Assembly: GCF_018350175.1 (NCBI RefSeq)
Contig: NC_058368.1
Location: forward strand, 191,086,001 to 191,150,000
Length of the DNA stretch: 64,000 bases
Direction of reading: 5' to 3'
Source: Felis catus
Taxonomy: Eukaryota
Positions 25,966 to 39,678 of this stretch are shown piece by piece. Position 1 is the stretch's first letter. Each line of letters opens with the position of its first letter. The notes below the pieces were generated by a model. The model was not told where the DNA came from. It searched no databases and worked only from the letters and a program-made list of their open reading frames with translations. Made by a program: the position numbers and the translations under genes.

Positions 25966-26401
25966 GGAATATCATTCAGCAATCAAAAAGAATTAAATCT
26001 TGCCATTTGCAACAACATGGATGGCACTAGAGTGTATTATGCTAAGTGAAACAAGTCAGAGCAAGACAAATATCACGTGATTTCACTCATTTGTAGAATG
26101 TAAGAAACAAAACAGATGAACAAAGTAGAAAGGAAGGAAAAATAAAATGAAAAGAGAGAGGGAGGCAAACCATAAGAGACTCTTAAATACAGAAACAAAC
26201 TGGAGGGGTGTTGGGTGGAGGGACAGTCTAAATGGGTGATGGGCATTAAGGAGGGCACTTGTTGGGATGAGCACTGGGTATTTTACGTAAGTCTTGAATC
26301 ACTTGGTTCTACTCCTGAAACCAATACTACACTGTATGTTAACTAATTTGAATTTAAATGAATAAATATTTAAAAAATAAATACTTGAGGTCTTAAAAAA
26401 A
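25883..26401 (+). mobile_element. Carnivore L1 3' fragment
   Basis: L1 3' UTR motifs and a (CA)n expansion. Perfect 16-bp TSD TAAAAGTCAAATAACT (25867-25882 / 26402-26417) at a canonical TT/AAAA endonuclease site. Confidence 0.92.
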
Positions 26402-28198
26402 TAAAAGTCAAATAACTATCTTCTTCCTGCTCTAGTATGTTTTTAAAAATACATTATTATGTTATTTGCTTTGAAACTTCAATGAACATTCAAAGGAGAG
26501 CAGTCCATTTTTATGCTCCCTAAGAAGATGTGAGATTTGTAAAAATTTCAGAAAAACAAGTCCAGAATGAATCCCATTTCAAAAGCTAACCATTTTACTT
26601 CTCTCGAGGGTTCTTTAAAGTACCAACTTCTACCTGAAATTATTTATTACCAAAAAAATCAAATGTACCTCACCTCCTACAGAATAAAAACCAATAGATG
26701 ATGTTGAGTATAAGAACTTGTTAAAACTTTCCTCTCCCTTCCTTCAAAAGAAAATATTAACAAATTCAACAGAGTAACTAGCATAAGGTGAATTCTCTAT
26801 ATGTAGGAATCTCAAAAAGTAGAAATTGTTAATATTTCCTCTTTGTCTCAACCCATAAACACTTGCAAATACTTAAAATGTGGAATCTTAGCAGTGGATA
26901 GAACTTTAGAAATCGTCTAGCACAATACCTTTGTTCCCATGAGAACCTTTTCTACTTGACTTTTGTCTGCAGTCTGAGAACAGTTGTTTCCAATGACAGT
27001 GAGTTCATTCATCCTGGAAGAAGCTTCGCCATTTTCTTAAATGAAAGTATCAGAACTGAAACTTTCATGCTTACATCTACTCATTGGTTCTAACTAGGCC
27101 ATATGGAGCCATGAAAAATGAGCTCAACCATTTCATCATCATAGATCCTACAACAATTCCATTTCATACACATTTCAAAGTCTTCAGTTCTCTAAGCTGC
27201 CAATTGTTCCAACCATTCTTGTTGAGAAAATGAGAGGAGTTAAAATAATGAGGCTGAAAATCAGTCTGATCGAGCTCTCAGTACCAGTCCTGTCCTACAT
27301 GAGTTGCAGGTCCTTGGGCAAGATATTTAATCTCTATGAAACTTGTTTTCATCTGGGAATAACACCATTTAATTCACAAATTTTGTTATTAAGATTAGTA
27401 GATCCTGTATGTAATTTGCTTAAAACAAACAAAAACTTTGAAGAAAGCGTTGATATTTTCATAATGGTTTTGTTTTACCATTGTCTCTTGGGATGTACTT
27501 CCCTATAAGCTGATAAATCTCCAAAAATAAATGAGTCTAATAAACATAATAAAATTCCTATTATTATTGAGATTATTACAGTTAGATACCCAGTCTACCA
27601 TTCATACTATCACGTACTAACAATTTAAGAAACAATTCTATTTTCTGATTATTTTCAATAGATACTTCATGCCTGTATCTGAAGTTTTTGATTTATAGTG
27701 ATAAAAATAACAAAAAGCTGGTCTACTTGATAGACTCCATTGGACACACGAGTAAATTAAATAACGTCGGGACATGTTAAGATTAAAGCACATGCAAACG
27801 TGCACAATATCAAAATGGAACAAACTCCCTTATCTAGCTAATACTCTGGGGTATGAATTGGAAACCTAAGGTACAGATTCTGTGGCAAAACTCCAAAAAT
27901 ATGTATTCATAAAGGCCGAGCTTTGCAAAGCAAATAACAAAAGCAGAAATGTTCCTTCTTCTCCAAATCTTGAATTACCATGACAGCTCCAGTATGTGTG
28001 AATTCTCAAATACTTATAAAAATGATACCAGGCTTTAACTGAAGGCAGAAATATGTGAATATTTATTTTGTCCTATATTTTTGTCTCCAGAATTCATAGA
28101 AAATCTGTAGAAGAATAGAAGCAGCCTAAGATTTCAAACATGGTAATCCTACCCCTGGGAATTTAAAGACAAAGATCGTGTGCTAAAATGGCAGCGTT

Positions 28199-28577
28199 AC
28201 ACTCTCCAGTTCCATCCACGTTGCTACAAAACCGGAGAGTGTTATGCTAAGTGAAATAAGTCATAGAGAGAAAGACAGATACCATATGTTTTCACTCTTA
28301 TGTAGATCCTGAGAAATTTAACAGAAGACCATGGGGGAGGGGAAGAAAAAAAAAAAGGTTAGAGTGGGAGACAGCCAAACCATAAGAGACTCTTAAAAAC
28401 TGAGAACAAACTGAGGGTTGATGGGGGGTGGGAGGGAGGGGAGGGGGGGTGATGGGTATTGAGGAGGGCACCTTTTGGGATGAGCACTGGGTGTTGTGTG
28501 GAAACCAATCTGATAATAAATTTCATAAAAAAAATAAAAAATAAAAATGAAATTAAAAAAATAGATAAAAATGAAAT
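28199..28577 (+). mobile_element. Relatively young felid-type L1 3' end with 5' inversion
   Basis: 28199-28230 is the reverse complement of L1 'tttgtagcaacgtggatggaactggagagtgt', followed by sense L1 3' UTR, G-rich tract and poly-A. 14-bp TSD with 2 mismatches (28185-28198 / 28578-28591). Confidence 0.9.
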
Positions 28578-29724
28578 AAACTGGCAGTGTTGCTACCATA
28601 GCAAAATGTACATTAATTGACTTGGCATTTTGTGAATTGCACCTCTGCATGTTTGGATCTAAAATAGTTCTCGTACATAGGGTTAACACTTTGAAAACTA
28701 CAGAAGCAGACAAAATAATCAATTATTTCCACCATTACTAAATCTTATGGCTGGCCTTAGTTGTCATTATATCAACTAAGGTCTAGATGGCAGGAATGGT
28801 ATTTGTAGCTCTATCACTAAGAGATAGCAACATAAATAAGGCTCTGGCTTCTATTTTTAGTTTGACCTCAATAAAGTATTACAGAGTTACAGCTGCTTCT
28901 CAATGATTTGATTAGCTATTCAAATCACAAGGTCTCATTTTAACAGACATGGTGATCCTAAAGCATGTGTGAAGTGTTGTGGTTTTTTTTTAATGTGTAG
29001 GGATTATGCAAAAAAATAAGATTCAGAATGATTTTATGATACATTAACTCAGTTTAACTTGTAGTCCAACTACCAGAATGGAAATTCTCTCTCAATTGAA
29101 GAAATTTGCATATATATGCACCCATACACATACATTTATGTATGTGTTCACTTGTCTATGTATATTATCAGTGTGTTTAGCTTTTTAATTTTACCAAATT
29201 AACTTTTTAAATATTTTTACAGTACTTTCACAACTCTTATCTAATTTTATCCTTACTATGTATGTTCCTATATATGGAAGAGGTGAATAGATGTGAGTGC
29301 CCTTCAAAAGATGAAGAAATTAAAGTAGATAAAGATCCAATACATTTCACCTGGTCACAAAGGAAGACACAGGTCTCTTGACCTACAGCTTTGGAAATCT
29401 CAACTAGATAGTATTTAAAAAGAGAGAAAAGAGACAGCAAGAAAAAAAGAGAAAAGGAGATAAGGAGAGAGGCAGATAGAGAGATAAAAAGAGCGAAAGA
29501 GGGAAAGAGACTCTACTCAGAAACATTTACATGATTAAAGTACACTTCTTCCTTGTGGCTATCTCATTTCTTTTGACCAAGCCTCTATTTTAGGATAATG
29601 GCAAGACAAGACGGTGAATAAGTGTATCAGTGAGTGGACATGGGTGAATATACTACTTGGAAAACACTCTGCGAGGTCCTGTGGAATGAAGATGGAAATG
29701 TGACTAGTTTAAATATAAAGACAG

Positions 29725-30195
29725 CATTGCATCTGTGACAACACGGATGGAACTTAAGGACACTGTGCTAAGTGAAATAAGTCAGAGAAAGAAAAATACT
29801 GCATCCTATCACTTATACATAGAATCTGAAAAAGCTGAAGTCAGAGAGTAGAGCAGTGGTTACCAGACACACAGAGGTAGGGGAAATGGGGAGATGTTGG
29901 TCAAAGATTACAAACTTCCAGTTATAAGAAGGATAAGATCCGGGGATCTAATATACAGCATAGTGGTTATAGTTAATAATACTGTGTTACATACTTGAAA
30001 GTTCCTAAGAAAATCATCTTAAATTTTCTCATAACCAATAAGAAATGGTAATTATTTGAAGTGACTGAGGTGTTAGCTAATGCTATGATGGTTATCTTTT
30101 CAAAATATAGGTGTATTAAATCAACATGTGTATACACTATAAACTTACACAATGTTATAGGTTAATCACATCTCAATGAAGCTGGTAAAAAATAG
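29725..30195 (+). mobile_element. L1MA-type 3' UTR fragment
   Basis: 'catctgtgacaacacggatggaacttaaggacactgtgctaagtgaaataagtcagagaaag...tctcaatgaagctggtaaaaa'. Confidence 0.85.
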
Positions 30196-31979
30196 GACAT
30201 AGTTCTTTTCTTTAATGAAATTTATGGTCTAATAGGCATAAGCATGAAAACCATAGAAATATACTAATACAATTATTTATATTAGCAGAATGAATGTACA
30301 CACAGAAAGAATAGGGGATAAGCTATTCTTTCACCCACTGGTAGAGTTTTTAAAACTACAAAATAAAAACTGTCATAGTTCTGCAAACAGTGATTAAGGA
30401 AGAAAGACCCAACTCATGACTCTGGCCTTTTCACACAAGACTCGGGTCAACTTCGCCAAGACTTTAGAAAAGTGTTCAGGCAACAATAGCCATTTCAGCA
30501 AAATGCCAATTTAGCAAATTGTAGTTGGATAAACTAAGTTTTGCCAAATAGAAAATGTTGGCCATAACATCATTCCATCACAGGCTGAAAATCTGATGAG
30601 GTTAAGTTCTATTAAACTGTTGCCAGCTTACAAGAGTCAGGTGCTAGCAAACGTATGGCAATTTTCTTTCTGTTCCAGCCTTAAAGTAAATCTGACTCCT
30701 CTTGTCTCTTTTTTTTTCTTTTTCTTCTTCAGACAGTGGTGTATGTAATATCTTTCATGTTGTTTGAATGACAATATTACATTTTAGTAAACATAACACT
30801 GTTATTAATGTTAAAAATTCTATTAATAGCTTCTTTCCTTCATTAAGCTAATCACTGTAATATTTTTGCCATTATTTTGATGACGAATAGAGCAAATAAA
30901 AAGATGAAGAAACAGTAAAAAAAATCTCCCAAAGCCATGGTGATACATACTTATTTTTATTTTACATTATTAGCTGTTATTTTCTCTGTTACTTGGTATG
31001 TATCGGTCAAAAGATTAACATCTTCACTTTTAAATTTATTTATGTTCTACTTCACTGAAAAAAAAAATTGAGGGAGTTAAATTTGGCACAGTTCAGAAGG
31101 TCAAGCAACTGTAGGTTAAACCTTTCTTAGCTATTACCTATGCAAAGAAAGATAAGCCAGAACTAATTTTTTGTGCAAAAATAATAACATTTAAAGTTAA
31201 GGGGATTTAAAATCCATTTTAAGGCTGCCCCACACCTATTCCTTGTATTAGAAATTCTATGGAAGAAGAAAAACCAAAGGGGGGGGGGAAAAAGAGTTAA
31301 TGGTTAGCTTAGAAAACTCATGGCTAGTATTTCTTCTTGCTGGTCTGTGAATGTGTGGTAATATTATACTCTTTTAGAAGATTAGGATTTTATTTTTAGG
31401 TAATCTTTAAAACCAAAATATTTCACTATACTATTAAAAATCAAATTAAATTTTTCTTCATGACTGCATAAATTAAGCCTGACATCAATACACTTTACAT
31501 AAGTATATTTATAATGCCATGCCATTTTCAGAGATGCTATTGTTTAAAACACCATGCATTCTGTTTTCAATCATGTTAATACTCTTGTGGTCTTAATATT
31601 AAAATATTACATTCCTTTGATTATACTTGCTTTAATTTTTTTCTCCAGAACTCACATCATTAAAGTATTCTTTTTTCTGGAATTTCTCCAAATATATTTA
31701 CCTTGTCCCTATGACAAATGTGTTTAAGAGCCTGAGACTATCATGACAGAATACAAGTTACAAAACTGCATCAAATGCATGTCTCTACTCTTGAAAAAGC
31801 TCATACTTCATTTTGAAAGTGCTAGGTATAATGTAGCACCTTATGGGTGGTGGCATAAGAGACAGCTGGGAATAAAATAAGTATTGCCTTGGCTTTACAG
31901 AGATACTTCCATAACAAACTAATCTAGTATTTCAAATTTAAGAGTTTAACTTTACAGAAGTAAAAGCAACATGGCAGAA

Positions 31980-31981
<2 letters not shown>

Positions 31982-32057
<76 letters not shown>
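31982..32057. repeat. Compound (TA)n(CA)n microsatellite
   Basis: Perfect adjacent dinucleotide runs. Confidence 0.95.
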
Positions 32058-32061
<4 letters not shown>

Positions 32062-32648
32062 CATGACTAGTGGAGATATAATTCTAAGAGCAGCAACAAT
32101 GAAATGGTATTTATCAATAGAGAAATTGTTAAATATTTTAAGGCACATCTACAGTTGTTAGGTGTGGAGAGTCACAAGAAACTGTCCTTCAAGAAGTCCA
32201 GTCAACATTTTCATTGAAGCCAGATTGTCCCAAATCCTTTGAATAGCTAATGGGTTAAACTACACAACCCACATCCACTGGTAGCTCTCCAATGTGCTGA
32301 AATATAAGTGCTTGTAATCATAACTAAGAACTACTTAAAATGAAGCCTATGTGAGTCAACTCCAAAAGGCAGAAGAGCTACAGGGAATCAGGAGAGTTTC
32401 AGACTCATTTGATACAAATTACCTTATATTGATTATTTATCAATATATAATATCTAAATCCAGAATAGATGTAAAGTTGATTGCATTTGCTTTCTACTGG
32501 ATCCCTGTATAACCAAACTCTCGAGGAGAGAAAAAAATGGCGCTTTAGTTTGTAGTGAGAAGCAGACAGACTCACTTCAAGTTCTGCATAACAAGTCTTG
32601 TATTAAAGGTGTTCTCATGTAAGAAGTCTTCTTGGATTAATTCCACCT

Positions 32649-32864
32649 CTTTTTTTTTTTAATGTTTTATTTACTTTTTACAGGGAGAGACAGAGCATGA
32701 GTGGGCGAGGGGCAGAGAGAGAGAGGGAGACACAGAATCCAAAGCAGGGTCCAGGCTCTGAGCTGTCAGCACAGAGCCCAATGCAGGGCTGGAACCCACA
32801 AGCCACAAGAACATGACCTGAGCTGAAGTCAGACACTTAACCAACTGAGCCACCCAGGAGGCCC
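32649..32864 (-). mobile_element. CAN-SINE
   Basis: Poly-T, GAGACACAGAATCC core, head complement. TSD TAATTCCACCT (32638-32648 / 32865-32875). Confidence 0.93.
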
Positions 32865-33455
32865 TAATTCCACCTATTCTACATATTCCTTTAAACAATA
32901 AGTTATAAACGGCATTTTTATAATTTATGCTCACAACTCTTCTCATGTATTTTATCTCTCTCAAGTTGAATTTCATGCTTATTAATAATGTTGAGTTTTA
33001 TAGCTAACTTTTTATTATCTAAAATCATGTTTTTATGGAGGGTCTCAACAATGCTTTAATGAATAAAATGATAGAAAAGAAACACAGTGACCACTTTTCT
33101 TACCTTTTTTATTTTTCTCAATGACAGAAGACAACTGTCAAAATGACCAGTTGCTAGAGTGACAAGTGCAACAAATGCAGATGGATCAATAAACAAAAAT
33201 TTCCCCTCTACCTCTGGTTTCTACCTATAATTTTAGGAAATGGCAGCCTCTTTATTCCACAGTTTTAAAACACCTATGGTACATTATAATCAAGAGACTA
33301 TATGCAATTGATATTGAAATAATTTGGGAAAAGATTTGGAAAGCTCAGCAATAATCTGATTTTGATGTAGATTTAGATATTCCCTACAGAAGTGCCAAAG
33401 CTTAAATGTAGAAGGTAAAAACTGATAGCGTAATTAGAATCAAGAAAGCATTTTA

Positions 33456-33576
33456 GGGGCACCTGGGTGGCTCAGTTGAGCATCTAACTGTGGATTTTGG
33501 CTCAGGTCATGATTGTAGGGAGTCATGGGCTCAAGCCCAGCGTTGGGCTCTGTGCTGAGCATGGAACCTACTTAGG

Positions 33577-33637
<61 letters not shown>

Positions 33638-33745
33638 CGCTCTCTCTCTCTCTTCCTCCCTCCCTCCCTCCCTCTGTCCCTCTCCCCAAATTGTGTTATC
33701 TAAAAAATAAAAATAAATTAATAAAAAGGAATATATTTTAAATCT
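33456..33745 (+). mobile_element. CAN-SINE with long (CT)n expansion
   Basis: GGGGCACCTGGGTGGCTCAG head, a long pyrimidine tract from ~33578, AATAAA tail. Confidence 0.9.
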
Positions 33746-34119
33746 ATAAACAGCATTAAAGATCAGCTCATACAAACTGTTTATATTTTAGAAGTGGGAA
33801 ATATTAAGATCCAGAAATATAAAATGACTTGCTTTAAGTTACAAAGAACAGTGCTAGGACCAACCAAAAGTCATGCCTCTTCCTTGCTACTTTTCTTTTC
33901 TGAATGTTTTCCTTTTATAATTTGTGGCTTTAAAAAATATATATTGACGGAGTCACAAGCATCTTAAAGCCATCAGAGCATAAGTACAATGATCTCTGAT
34001 GAAGAGTAGAAGGTGTCATACTTTGTCAGCTGATTTTTGCCTTTTTCAAAATGGTGGAAACTAAAATGTCCAAAAGACATTTGCAAGAAGAGACTACTCT
34101 GATCTAAATCATTCTTTCT

Positions 34120-34332
34120 TTAAAAAAAAAATTAATGTTTATTCAATCCTTGAGAGAGAGAGACAGCATGAGCAGGGGAGAGGCAGAGAGAGGGAGACAC
34201 AGAATCTGAAGCAGGCTCCAGGCTCTGAGCCACCAGTGCAGAGCCCGATGCAGGGCTCAAACTCACAAACTGTGAGATCATGAACTGAGCCGAAGTCAGA
34301 TGCTCAACCAACTGAGCCACCCAGGCGTCCCC
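34120..34332 (-). mobile_element. CAN-SINE
   Basis: Full body. TSD TAAATCATTCTTTCT (34105-34119 / 34333-34347). Confidence 0.93.
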
Positions 34333-34863
34333 TAAATCATTCTTTCTAAACACATTTAAAAAAAAACACAAAAAACAAAACACAGTTGGCAAGCTCCAAG
34401 GGTCATGTTCACCAATAAAAGTATGTTTTATTAAAATCTTTTTGATACAATAAACATTTCAATTTAGGTCTTATCATTCAGCTATCCTGATAATAATGCC
34501 TATAAACATGTGACTAAGTGCATTTGAAGAAATAAAAAACTCAATCTTTTCAAGGGCCTAGTGAGTCACCTTTGAATAAATAATATGATGCATTTTTATG
34601 TAAAAACCAACTTTTTCCCTTTGGACATATGTCTATATCATATGCACTACACAAATGCTCTAAGAAAGAGTGACACAAAGAAAAAGTCTTCCTTCAAATG
34701 AACAAAATTATCTATTCTCAAAGCTATAGTACACAAGATCTATTAGACTTTCAGGTTAAATGCAGAAGTGTCCTGTACTTGACTTGGCAAAAATTTAATT
34801 TCTAAAATGCCACATAAAACCATTTAACCATACTCATCATATACTAATTAAAAAATATTTTTA

Positions 34864-35050
34864 GGGGCACCTGGGTGGTTCTGTCAGTCGAGTGTCCAAC
34901 TTTGGCTCAGCTCATGATCTCGCGGTTTGTGAGTGTGAGCCCCACATCAGGCTCGCTGCTGTTAGCCTGTCAGAGCAGAGCCTGCTTCAGATCCTCTGTC
35001 CCCCACTCTCTGCCCCTCTCAGAAACACTCTCTCCAAAACAAACATTTAA
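34864..35050 (+). mobile_element. CAN-SINE
   Basis: GGGGCACCTGGGTGG head, GAGCCTGCTTCAGATCCTCTGTC core, degenerate AT-rich TSD. Confidence 0.88.
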
Positions 35051-35114
35051 AAAGTATTTTTAATATTTCATACCTATAAGACTGTCCACATATAACAGCC
35101 TAACCAAAAATTAT

Positions 35115-36170
35115 GTTGTTGCTGAGTCTGTAGAGAAACCAATAAGCTCATATACTGTTAGTTGGAGGGCATAATGATTCAACTTTAATGAAGAATAATT
35201 CTACATATCTAGCAAAACTCTATATGCCTTCATCTTCTGACCCAGCAATCTAGGAGTTTACCTAAAAATGTATTTCCACAAGAATTAAACATATGCACAA
35301 AACCTTGTGGCATATTCATTGTAGCATTAATTGTGACAGCAGAATATTGGGAAAAACTAAAATGTCTAATCACAGAAGACTGGTTAAATACACTATAATA
35401 ACTTCATACTACAGAGTATTAGATGTACAACAGAAATAAGAAAATCTTTATGAACAAATATGGAGTGATTTCTAAAATAGGCTGGTAAGTAAAAATATCA
35501 AGGTATGAATGACTATTGTATTTACTTTTTGAGTAAAAAAGGGTAAATGTAAGCATATGTATACATATGAATGTACATAAATGCACTTATTCAAGTGTAT
35601 GTAGACACGTAAGTATGTGTATATATTTGTAGCATGCATTTGAATGTACACAATATGGATAAATGAGAAAATAATAAAATCTACTTATGGGAATATCAGA
35701 ACAAAGTAGAAAAAATAAAGATGAGAATAAGATTTGCCCGAGCACAACTTTTCATTTAGTTTTAATTCTAAACCTAGAAGCATTTTACACTTTCAAAAAA
35801 GCTACCTTAAAAAGGTTTAAAAGTCATATCTAATATAAAAGACAAAGAGCAAAGAAACTTAACTCCATATCAAATTGATGACATAACTATATATAAAAAG
35901 TAGTTAATCTAAGTAACTTTCTTGGTGAGAAACATTCTAAAGACAAAGACACTGCAAAGAAATCTAAAACTTAGTATCAATAACAAAATCACAATACCAG
36001 TCTGGTGGGTTTGTTCTTAGAATTACATTTTAAAAATATGTACAAGATAAGGGAAACTTATCTTGTGGGGTATATGAGTATCCTTTCTGCTATCTTTAGA
36101 ATAGTGGAATAGTAGAATCTTTCAGTTCCTCTGAAATCTAAAATTGTTCCAAAATAAGGAAATTTATCTA
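35115..36170 (+). mobile_element. Ancient L1ME/MC-type 3' relic
   Basis: 'ctgagtctgtagagaaacc...ctcatatactgttagttggag', 'tgacccagcaatc', and terminal 'ctgaaatctaaaattgttccaaaataa'. Confidence 0.6.
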
Positions 36171-36574
36171 AAGAAATAAGTTTACTTAAGGAAAAATAAG
36201 TGCATATGCAGAAGAACTAAGTATAATATTTGACATAGAAGAAATAATTGATCTAAAAAAAATCACCAAATATCTCAAAGATAGTGAACACTCACTGAGC
36301 ACTTAATGTTGTCACGACTATTGTTTTGTTATTGCATTCTGATAGATTTTTGGGGGTGGGCATTAAATTTTGTGTGACATAGTACATTCAACAGTTTCTG
36401 AGTCATGAGATCAAGCATCATAAAATCATTCAACCATACTCAGAGATCATTTTCCAAAATTACCTTATAATTATACTCTCTATAAGGTATTACATTTATA
36501 TGTATACAGACATATACATGAAGAGAAGTAACTCCTTACTGTTTTCAGGGGAGATTCGCACATTACCCTACAAA

Positions 36575-36745
36575 AGCCTCACAGTGACTCAGCAAAATAG
36601 ATAGGGCAGGCCAGGACATCTCCCTTGAACAAATGAGCAAACAAGGGTCTAGAGATGATTAAATACTTGTTCCTGTTCACACAGCTCATTTGTAATAAAG
36701 TTAGGACTAGAATCCTACTCCCTCCTAGCCCATTGTTCTTCCTGA
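36575..36745 (-). mobile_element. MIR relic
   Basis: 'aaatgagcaaacaagggtctagagatgattaaatacttgttcc..cacacagct...ggactagaatcc' MIR core-like. Confidence 0.6.
36579..36598 (+). promoter_or_regulatory. Extended antioxidant response element (NRF2/sMAF, with embedded AP-1) motif
   Basis: TCACAGTGACTCAGCAAAAT matches TMAnnRTGAYnnnGCRwwww at every position. Motif only; function is not shown. Confidence 0.4.
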
Positions 36746-39678
36746 CACATGCTACATCCTCACCTATACATAGGGGATTAGGATCTATTTAAGTTAACAA
36801 GGTATTGGCTTTGCAAAAATGTTACGAATTTGTTGTATTTCATTTAGGAGAAAGGTGACTCTCCTGCCCCTTTATAAAAAGTATTTTCAAGGTAAGGTCT
36901 CAGAAGATACAGTTTGCTCTACAGAATCTAGGGCATGGTGTACATTGATTAGGAAACTCATAGAAGCACCAACACAGGGAAAAAATAAAATTTATATACA
37001 TTTCTCTCTCAATACATTTCTGACATTATAATAGAGTACCGTTTTATGCAATGGAACCTGTGTGATTATTTTACAAAGTCCTAAACAATCTAGCTTCATC
37101 TGACTCTTTAAACCTTGTCTTCTACTATTCTTCAACATAAATCCTGCTCATTACCCTGATCTACTCATTGTAAACATTCATTTTGTTGCCTTTGTACCAC
37201 TCTTTGCTTCTTTATTTCCTGTTGTTTCCCACTAAAGAATCCTCTCACTAGCCCAACCTCAAAAGAATATAATGAAAGATCATGGAGTAGCTCTCAGATT
37301 CTAAGCCTTTAGAAAGGCAGTAACCCGGGTGGCTGGTGACGATGCGTGCCTGGCAGTTCTTAACAGTCTATACTGAGTGTGCATTATGAGCTTTTGCTTC
37401 ACCTCCTTCTGTGGATGCAGGAAGGGCAATTTATAGCAGCAAAAATCTATTGAGCACTATGAATGTAACTTAGGTAAAAATTACACGTACCCAATGAATA
37501 ACTCAAGATTCAGCCTTCCTGTGTATTCTAGGAATTTTCGTGGTCTTTGGAGATCACAGTTCTGGAAATCTCTATTCCTATATCACTCATTGCTAAAGAA
37601 CACATTTGACACAAATTTACACTCTCATTATCAAACTCATCCACTGATTTTTTTGAGTGGTTACTTAAACCGTATCTTGCTATTTAATTGTGATGATACC
37701 TTTCCAAACGTACACTGTTTTACAGATAAAAGAAAAGACAATTCAAAGTTGTCTCTTTCAACAAGTATCCAACATGTCATTTACGATAATCTGTATAATT
37801 GCATTTATTCTTGACAGTAATTCCATGAAGTAGTGACTGCTGTTCCTTTTTCTCAAAGAAACTAAGGCTCAGGGAAGTAATATAACTTGTGAAGGTTACA
37901 TATGCTGACACACGCAAAGGAGGTTTTAACAATGTAGGGAATTAAACTTGATCCACTGTCTACACCATCTTCTCGGCATATCATCATGTGGCATCAATCC
38001 AGGAGCCACTCTAGTTCATGTCCTATAGTGAGTGTGTGTTACCTCCTTCATTAAAGTGGAACCTCTTTCAATAAGAGTATTTCAATAATATGTACCTTAT
38101 GTACATATTACATCATCTACCATGCTTAGTATATTACTGAAAACATTATAAGCCATTAAGAGGTGATTCTGACTAATACAAGATTCACTTGAGGTATAAA
38201 GTCAGCATCATAACCATATTTTTGGAATGGAATTTCTATTCTTATTATATAACACAAAGATATCCGCTGGTCAGCTCTGTTAGAGAAAGGTTAAACCTCT
38301 CACTTTTAAGTGGGTTTAACCTCTGAAGATTCAGGCTTAATCACAGTTGTTTAGGAAGAAAAGCCACCTCACTATCCATGACCCAGTAAATTAGGATCAG
38401 AACATCAGAATTAAAAGACACAAGGAGATTACAACTTCCCACAAACCACACTTTTTGCTTTTATGGGTATCTCCAATAGCCATCACTGTAGCTATGAAAT
38501 TAAGTCAACTCTCCATTAGCCAACACTTTCGTTTTGAGATTAAGTCTATAGTTGTAAGCAATGTGGAAGCCCCAAGAATGTAAGCTCAATGGGGACTTAG
38601 TCTTCAAAATAACACATGATATTCTTATCTTGGGATCTCTCTCAGTATTTTTTCCCACTTTGACAAGTTTCTATTTCCAGTCATACAAATGTAATCATTA
38701 CGTTAAAAAAAAAAAAAAATTACCCCTTCATGTTTATGTTATGTCACAGTACTAAATGGAGCACGGGGCTCAATTCCAAATACCTAGGTCCTATAGTGTA
38801 TACTTCCATTAGTTAACTGTGATATTGGACAAGTTATTTCATTACTTGGGTTTTTGGTATCCTACTGGATAAATGGAGACATCTGCCCCCCAAAAACTGA
38901 AAATCTTACTCCTAACTGGAAATCTTCCTGAATACTGTATTATTTTGAGGGAGTTCAGAAATAAGATGGCAACAGAGATTACATAATTTCCACCTTCACT
39001 TTTCTAGTGTAAAGCATACTGTCTTGTAGCATATGTTCAATAAACATGGGATGACCATATATATGAGTGAGTGAATACATGGCTGGGATATAGAACCATT
39101 AAAGATCTTTACACTTTCATGAATTTCTAAGTGTATAGTCTCACAAACATGGAAATTTGTCCAAACCTGTCCTTTTGATGCTACCCTGTTTATCCATGTC
39201 AAATATCAAACTGCACAAGAAGTACTCCTTTGTACTTCTTTACTTATAGGGTCAATAGGGGAATATGATTACAATGTGGTCCTAACTAACTTAGTGATTT
39301 AGAAAAATTTAAATTCTAAGTACCTACAATCTAAGCTTGATCTCCAAATAGATTTTTTTAAAGGAGAATGTTGACATAATGTGAGCAAACAAGGAAGTGG
39401 AAATGCCACAGAAAATATAGAAACTATACGTAGATAAAATTACATGGGCATTTATATGCAAAATTAGAGTATGGTTTCCCCAGGTGGCCTCCACAGCACA
39501 CTGTTCTGGAAAATTCCCATAAAAAAAGATTTTTATGATCAGATTCTTTGGGATATGATGTATCATTTTATAACCTTCTGGAAAGTCCTGAAGCATTATA
39601 AGTGTATGAACTTTGAAAAATCTCACTTCGTTAAATGTATTATTTCTCAAACTTGCTTGACCATAGAATCTACTTTCT

